In this document: positions 61,401 through 64,000 of the stretch, piece after piece
Layout: the number at the start of each line of letters is the position of its first letter
How positions within the stretch are numbered: position 1 is the stretch's first letter
DNA from: Raja brachyura
Lineage: Eukaryota
Length of the DNA: 64,000 bases
Direction: 5' to 3'
Assembly: GCA_963514005.1 (NCBI GenBank)
Contig: OY740792.1
Coordinates: 39,866,001-39,930,000 of the forward strand
Position numbers and translations under genes: made by a program
Notes under the pieces: generated by a model
Told to the model about the DNA's origin: nothing
What the model saw: the letters and a program-made list of their open reading frames with translations, nothing else
Databases searched by the model: none

Positions 61401-63838
61401 TGCTCTGCCTTTTTCAGGAGGGAAAGGGTTATCAAGCTGGACATTCTGAAGATCGGAAAATATAGTTGTGCATTAGAATTTTATAGCCACAAAAATAAGT
61501 TCTGTTCTATTTTGCAAGTAACCATTATGTTTTGCAATTTCAGAACCAGAGGAAGAGTCTGGATTTAATGTCTTGGCTAATCCACCAAACCCTGGTGATG
61601 AGGAAGAGTATAATGATGATGTGTTGGAATTTGAGTTTTCTGATGCGCCTCTTTTACCTTGTTACAATATTCAGGTTTCACTCTCTCAGGGGTATGTATT
61701 CAACATTATTTTTGGCTATCCAAGGTGATTATTGGTAAATGTAAGCAGCTAACAAGTAATACTAATGGACAGAAAAAGACACAAAGTGCTGGGTGGGTCA
61801 AGCAGCATCTCTGGAGGATGTGGGTAGGTGACATTTTGGGTTGGGTTCCTCTGACCCAAAACTGGAGGGCACACTGAAAAACAGCATGCTTCCCAATCCC
61901 TCATCCACCAGCTGTACCTGATGGCTTTACTGATGTTGTAACCTAATTTCCTCAGAGCCTCAGATGAAAGTACAAATTGCCTGAAAAGTGAAATGTGATT
62001 GTGGTCCTTTATGACTATTTATGTCTTTTACCACTTCAGGCAAGGCATCAACAACTGTTTGTCATTTGCCATATTCTCCAATTATCCACAGGCAAAAACT
62101 GTCAGATTTTCCTCAATGCCTGCCTTAAATTGCACTTTCTTGGTATTGAGAATGTAACACTCAGTGCTTGTTTCTGAGACTAAGTTCAAGGTGGCCACAG
62201 ACAGCTCTGGCTGAAAGGAATGAGAGGAACAGGGCATGGAGAAGGAAAAAACAATGGTAGTTCAGGGCAGAGGGGTTCTGGAGAAGTGGAGGTTTTCAGA
62301 AGCCAGGACCATAATAGGTTACTGGGCAGATGTGATAAAGGGGATTCCCCAAAGGTAATTTGTTGATCTACCTGTTTAGCTGTTCCAGTCCAAAACCGCA
62401 GTGGGAAAACCAGGTAGTCACAAATGTCCAAGAAGTGTGCTATTTCTCAGCAACATAATTTCAAATAGGTTGAAGAGAATCTAGAGTTATCTCTGATTAC
62501 AAACCGATTGTGTAAATATAGTTTAACAAATCTATATGTTCTTTGAATCCTATGATAAACACGTCTTCCTAGACCAATATATTTGCAAACATATCAGACT
62601 TCATGTAAAGTCTTTTGTTCCATTTCTGTCATTATAAAGTAGCTTCATTATGGAATAGCAAACCGTTGGTGATCATGAGAATATGCAGTAAAAGTACTTT
62701 AAATAAGTTAAATGCAGAAAACAGGTAACCAATATTTGAAACTTGCTTCAGTTCACTGAGGACATTTCGAAATGTATGTTTCCAACACAATACATTGCCT
62801 CAAGTGTTTAATTCACTGACATGATGGTATTCCCGACTGAAATGATCCAGGTTTAGCTCACTCCAATATGTTAATGACTCCACGGTCATGAATGCCATTT
62901 TGGCATTAGAACATGGGAAGGAAGTAGAACATGGGGGACACTGTGGCACTATTTTGATGCATGGGGGGAGGGGGGCATCCATTCTCTGGCATCCTTTTTA
63001 ACATCCTAAAAATAATCTAATCATTCTAACATTGCTGTTTGTAGGAGCACTCCTTGCACAGATTGGTCTATGTTTTATTACATTAGAATAGAAATAATAC
63101 TTTGAAACTATATCAGACTCTAGAGTATGTACTTTGAGATAGTCAGAATGAGTTTTGCAAGGTGTTAAAGGAATGCAAGTTCGTCTTTATTTTCAAACAC
63201 TAGGCACTGATCATATATTAGAAACATGTTTAAGATGGAACTGCAGATGCTGGAGAAACTCGGCGGGTGAGGTATATATTAGAACCATGTTCATTTTTGA
63301 ATTTTATCTTACACATTTGAAAAGCATTTTAAATATTAAATTAATGGATATTTTTGGTATTCACAGGATGCCAACATTAGGATATTTTTGGTTTTAAATG
63401 AGTAATTTATCAACAGATCGCATCATTTTTAAGGTTATATTGCATTAGTTGACAGTCTTCCAAACTATAATACTGTTCTTGCAATCCATTATAATGACTT
63501 GGCTTATTTTAAAACCTGTAACATGTTTCTTTCTTGTTCTCCAAAACAGTCCCCGGAACTGGCTGCTATTCACTGATGTACTACGGAGATTGAAAGTATC
63601 AGCGCGCATATTTCGGACCTCATTCCCTCACATAGAAAATGCCACCATTTCTGAGGTGGAATTTTATAGACAGGCTTCTTTGAGTCAAGTTTTTACTTAT
63701 CCGGAGGATTTTGAAACTCCAGACAATGACAATAAAGAAACACTGGAGCTGGTGGAATTCACAAGTGAACTTCAGGACTTGTTGGGATCATCTGTCACAT
63801 ACCTGTATGCTGACAATGAGGTGGAAACGTTTAATTAA
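4403..63838 (+). CDS. BCOR: BCL6 corepressor (BCOR family), spliced CDS: join(4403-4488,8701-8794,11710-14535,15983-16039,16468-16648,19633-19710,23389-23742,25230-25592,36584-36921,51474-51743,54697-54863,56386-56531,59972-60049,61544-61691,63550-63838); 5475 nt, ~1824 aa
   Basis: Starts [15 protein letters not shown]. Contains [93 protein letters not shown], ankyrin repeats and a C-terminal PUFD-like region. All introns are GT-AG with compatible phases. Strict orthology (BCOR versus another paralogue) is untested. Confidence 0.9.
6160..6473 (+). mobile_element. CR1/HER1-type LINE 3' end
   Basis: Ends gggccgaatggcctactcctgcacc followed by (tttctatg)2; nearly identical to the reverse complement of 39139-39450. 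Confidence 0.85.
8701..8794 (+). CDS. BCOR: BCOR coding exon 2 (human exon 3 equivalent); alternative start at 8704
   Basis: ccttttacag|tag|g acceptor; [31 protein letters not shown] resembles human RKILVNDGD...LREENPLNHNV; donor gtaagc at 8795; phase 2 to 0. Confidence 0.9.
9011..9440 (+). mobile_element. Penelope-like element remnant: GIY-YIG endonuclease C-terminus plus terminal repeat with decayed hammerhead core
   Basis: Translates [13 protein letters not shown] / [25 protein letters not shown], the typical Penelope-element C-terminus. Followed by gtctgaaga...cccaaaacgtcacc...gatgctgcctgacc...gagttactccagc. Confidence 0.8.
11710..14535 (+). CDS. BCOR: BCOR large exon (human exon 4 equivalent), 942 codons; PLDLS motif and BCL6-binding-type segment
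   Basis: 945-aa ORF in the track; acceptor tgtctag before GTG GAT GCG; ends QRALQ|gtgagt. Confidence 0.97.
15066..15300. mobile_element. Penelope-derived fold-back repeat (two inverted hammerhead-bearing arms)
   Basis: 15066-~15165 is the reverse complement of ~15175-15274. Confidence 0.8.
15132..15166 (-). ncRNA. Putative minimal type I hammerhead ribozyme
   Basis: Minus strand reads agt CTGAAGA A GGGT ctcg ATCC GAAAC GTC accc: intact core, but stem I is only ~2 bp. Activity unproven. Confidence 0.55.
15983..16039 (+). CDS. BCOR: BCOR 57-nt cassette-type exon (human exon 5 equivalent)
   Basis: [19 protein letters not shown] versus human MEGLQEDSILCLPAAYCE; aatag| ... |gtcagt; phase 0-0. 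Confidence 0.93.
16468..16648 (+). CDS. BCOR: BCOR exon (human exon 6 equivalent)
   Basis: attctag|CGT GCT ATG ATG: [14 protein letters not shown]...; donor GAA G|gtgaat gives phase 1, as the next exons require. Confidence 0.9.
18308..18653. mobile_element. Penelope-derived repeat (inverted partial arm plus + strand arm)
   Basis: Same family as 9140-9440; core ctgaagaagggtcccgcccggaaacatc at 18562. Confidence 0.75.
19633..19710 (+). CDS. BCOR: Putative extra 78-nt exon with a BCORL1-like motif ([26 protein letters not shown])
   Basis: T-rich tract plus aattag acceptor, donor TCTG|gtatgt, open in phase 1-1. Resembles recalled human BCORL1 SFRDFIPVVLSTRTRSQSG. No transcript evidence. Confidence 0.7.
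21462..21722 (+). mobile_element. Two decayed Penelope-derived repeat copies
   Basis: gatgctgcctga..tgctga..t.ctccagc motif twice, each preceded by a mutated hammerhead core. Confidence 0.65.
21890..21922 (-). ncRNA. Putative minimal hammerhead ribozyme in a fold-back repeat (~21835-21985)
   Basis: Minus strand reads gt CTGAAGA A GGGT acca ACCT GAAAC GTC acc. Confidence 0.5.
22380..22508. other. Assembly gap
   Basis: Run of N. Confidence 0.99.
22905..23200 (+). mobile_element. HE1/V-SINE-type SINE
   Basis: tRNA-like head, ccgaagggcctgtt tail, (caaaa)n end. Confidence 0.8.
23389..23742 (+). CDS. BCOR: BCOR exon (human exon 7 position)
   Basis: tttttctgcag acceptor; in frame with ORF 23424-23810; ends [11 protein letters not shown]|gtaagg (basic cluster like human KAKRRRVSK); phase 1-1. 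Confidence 0.85.
24446..24498. repeat. Perfect 22-bp inverted repeat with 9-nt loop, at the tail of an old SINE (~24195-24500)
   Basis: agcatagactcgatgggtcaaa ttgactgcc tttgacccatcgagtctatgct. Confidence 0.9.
24943..25039 (+). mobile_element. Penelope-derived repeat copy
   Basis: gtctgaagaaggatcccgacctgaaac...atgctgcctgccctgctgagttactccagc. Confidence 0.7.
25230..25592 (+). CDS. BCOR: BCOR exon (human exon 8 equivalent) with AF9/ENL-binding-type motif NLKVCIEL
   Basis: DEWTEKEM...[32 protein letters not shown]; donor AAA G|gtatat; phase 1-1. Confidence 0.95.
26699..26917. mobile_element. Penelope-derived fold-back repeat
   Basis: Inverted arms ~26739-26819 and ~26834-26915; cattcacat occurs on both flanks (possible target duplication). 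Confidence 0.8.
26824..26856 (+). ncRNA. Putative minimal hammerhead ribozyme (sense to BCOR pre-mRNA)
   Basis: gt CTGAAGA A GGGT ttcg GCCC GAAAC GTT gcc; stem II capped by UUCG; GUU triplet. Confidence 0.55.
27530..28390 (+). repeat. G-rich minisatellite, unit ~GGGGATCAGTACAGGATGAAT(G)n, interrupted by a minus-strand Penelope-derived repeat (~27767-27860)
   Basis: Many degenerate tandem copies of atcagtacaggatgaatggg. Confidence 0.85.
28393..28434. repeat. (GA)n microsatellite
   Basis: Pure AG dinucleotide run. Confidence 0.95.
29055..29340. mobile_element. hAT-type MITE with 8-bp TSD, inserted in a Penelope-derived repeat
   Basis: TSD CCAGAGAT at 29047-29054 and 29341-29348; TIR CAAGAGCGGAA / TTCCGCCCCTG. 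Confidence 0.85.
30690..30962 (-). mobile_element. HE1/V-SINE-type SINE
   Basis: Same family as 2957 and 3741. Confidence 0.8.
31240..31299. repeat. 30-bp tandem duplication
   Basis: cctgaagttgcacctcaataaatattcagc / cctgaggttgcacctcaataaatattcagc. Confidence 0.9.
33755..33935. mobile_element. Decayed Penelope-derived fold-back repeat
   Basis: aactgcagatgctgg...ggtcaggcag arm and atgctgcccgacctgttgagttc arm. Confidence 0.65.
34016..34446. repeat. Long near-perfect inverted repeat (~200-bp arms, ~30-nt spacer)
   Basis: agtcttggaactgtacctgagaacatgtc... pairs with ...gacatgttctcaggtacagttccaagact; about ten mismatches. Confidence 0.95.
34450..34686 (-). mobile_element. Terminus of a hAT-like DNA transposon
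   Basis: Reverse reads tagggctgctaactctcacgc... with subterminal gcgtgaga repeats; partner end not found. Confidence 0.5.
35645..35803. other. Assembly gap
   Basis: Run of N. Confidence 0.99.
35848..36256 (-). mobile_element. CR1/HER1-type LINE fragment (3' end joined to an RT segment)
   Basis: Matches 39139-39350 and 40060-40180. Confidence 0.8.
36584..36921 (+). CDS. BCOR: BCOR exon (human exon 9 equivalent)
   Basis: ctttctag acceptor; [14 protein letters not shown] motif; AAG|gtatat; phase 1 to 0. Confidence 0.93.
37549..38383. mobile_element. Tc1/mariner (pogo/Tigger-like) non-autonomous element with internal inverted repeat and nested Penelope-derived repeat (~38125-38290)
   Basis: TA|CAGTCAACCCTTGTTTTAACGGA ... 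TTCGTTATAATGAGGGTTTACTG|TA. Confidence 0.8.
39139..41735 (-). mobile_element. CR1/HER1-type LINE, 5'-truncated, frameshifted ORF2 (APE endonuclease plus reverse transcriptase)
   Basis: ORF pieces GVVYRPPN...[57 protein letters not shown]. Confidence 0.95.
41736..43008 (-). mobile_element. Second CR1-type LINE (different subfamily), RT to 3' end
   Basis: [19 protein letters not shown]...KFADDTK; [11 protein letters not shown]; tail (tagagtca)n in reverse. Confidence 0.92.
43420..43965 (-). mobile_element. GC-rich interspersed repeat of unassigned family
   Basis: Abrupt CpG-rich block between AT-rich DNA and a LINE fragment; family and orientation tentative. Confidence 0.35.
43966..44450 (-). 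mobile_element. Rex1/Babar-type LINE RT fragment
   Basis: [17 protein letters not shown]...YKLADD...ELVIDFR...IINGA. Confidence 0.8.
44505..45178 (+). mobile_element. CR1-type LINE 3' fragment
   Basis: [27 protein letters not shown]...[14 protein letters not shown]. Confidence 0.85.
47065..47515 (+). mobile_element. Rex1/Babar-type LINE 3' end
   Basis: Translates [47 protein letters not shown]. Confidence 0.75.
47525..48075 (+). mobile_element. Old decayed CR1-type fragment
   Basis: Weak colinear similarity to the other CR1 3' fragments. Confidence 0.5.
48890..49675 (+). mobile_element. CR1-type LINE 3' fragment
   Basis: [11 protein letters not shown]; [23 protein letters not shown]. Confidence 0.85.
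51474..51743 (+). CDS. BCOR: BCOR exon (human exon 10 equivalent), start of ankyrin region
   Basis: ctacag acceptor; [30 protein letters not shown]|gtatgt. Confidence 0.96.
52295..53110 (-). mobile_element. CR1-type LINE 3' fragment interrupted by a MITE
   Basis: Colinear with 41740-42130 on both sides of the insertion. Confidence 0.75.
52540..52976. mobile_element. PIF/Harbinger-type MITE with TAA TSD
   Basis: TAA|AGGGCCTGTCCCACTTGGCC...GGCCAAGTGGGACATGCCCT|TAA; ~40-bp imperfect TIR. Confidence 0.88.
54697..54863 (+). CDS. BCOR: BCOR ankyrin-repeat exon (human exon 11 equivalent)
   Basis: [33 protein letters not shown]...NCSAQDGT; 167 nt; donor gtatac. Confidence 0.97.
55150..55660 (+). 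mobile_element. Ancient DeuSINE-like (SacSINE1/AmnSINE1-type) remnant with a nested Penelope-derived piece
   Basis: gaagagcaggggagtt...cagtgtcc...caatatttat and cttcattagctgtaa...ctttg motifs recalled from the Deu domain; similar remnants near 21750-22065 and 63020-63190. Confidence 0.5.
56103..56235. other. Assembly gap
   Basis: Run of N. Confidence 0.99.
56386..56531 (+). CDS. BCOR: BCOR ankyrin-repeat exon (human exon 12 equivalent)
   Basis: ttttctgcag|G CCA ATC CAT: [48 protein letters not shown]; donor gtatgt. Missed by the ORF track. Confidence 0.96.
56985..57180 (+). mobile_element. CR1-type LINE 3' tail
   Basis: ggcacagacattgtgggccgaagggcctgttcctgtgc tail; similar copy at ~58460-58610. 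Confidence 0.7.
57850..58100 (+). mobile_element. HE1/V-SINE-type SINE (internally deleted)
   Basis: tRNA-like head, gggccgaagggcctgtttcc tail, (tgaaac)n end. Confidence 0.75.
59972..60049 (+). CDS. BCOR: BCOR exon (human exon 13 equivalent)
   Basis: [26 protein letters not shown]; cccccag| ... |gtgagt; 78 nt. Confidence 0.95.
61544..61691 (+). CDS. BCOR: BCOR exon (human exon 14 equivalent), linker and start of PUFD
   Basis: [50 protein letters not shown]; tttcag| ... |gtatgt. Confidence 0.95.
63550..63838 (+). CDS. BCOR: BCOR last coding exon, PUFD (PCGF1-binding) domain; 3' UTR follows
   Basis: aaacag|T CCC CGG AAC TGG: [22 protein letters not shown]...[17 protein letters not shown]; TAA at 63836-63838. 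Confidence 0.96.
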
Positions 63839-64000
63839 CTGTTGAAGGAACAGTTCTCACACATTAACAGCTGTTCGTACATTCATGGCCTACATTTTAA
63901 AGAAATGCTTGTAAATTATGTAAATTATGTGGATCGTTGTGTCTGGGGGGAGATAAATGATATTCTAAATACTAAATGACATAATGTTGTCTATGTTCTT

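Overview
Eukaryotic (vertebrate) genomic DNA, not prokaryotic. The repeat content (HE1/V-SINE-type SINEs, CR1/HER1-type LINEs, Penelope-derived repeats) suggests a cartilaginous fish, probably a skate or ray; this is an inference. The window holds the complete coding region of one + strand BCL6-corepressor family gene (BCOR-like), from ATG 4403 to TAA 63838. I read 15 coding exons by hand; all splice sites are GT-AG with consistent phases, giving about 1824 aa. Fourteen exons match the human BCOR exon layout. One extra 78-nt exon, plus several other motifs, resemble my recollection of the paralogue BCORL1, so the gene may be an ancestral-type or third family member. The introns carry SINEs, CR1 and Rex1/Babar LINE fragments, and Harbinger, hAT and Tc1/pogo MITEs, some nested. 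They also carry about 20 copies of a Penelope-derived repeat with a minimal hammerhead-ribozyme core, often as fold-back palindromes. Other structures are a ~200-bp-arm inverted repeat, a perfect 22-bp hairpin, a G-rich minisatellite and three assembly gaps. All homology and repeat-family calls come from remembered sequences, not database searches, and repeat boundaries are approximate unless a target-site duplication (TSD) is given.
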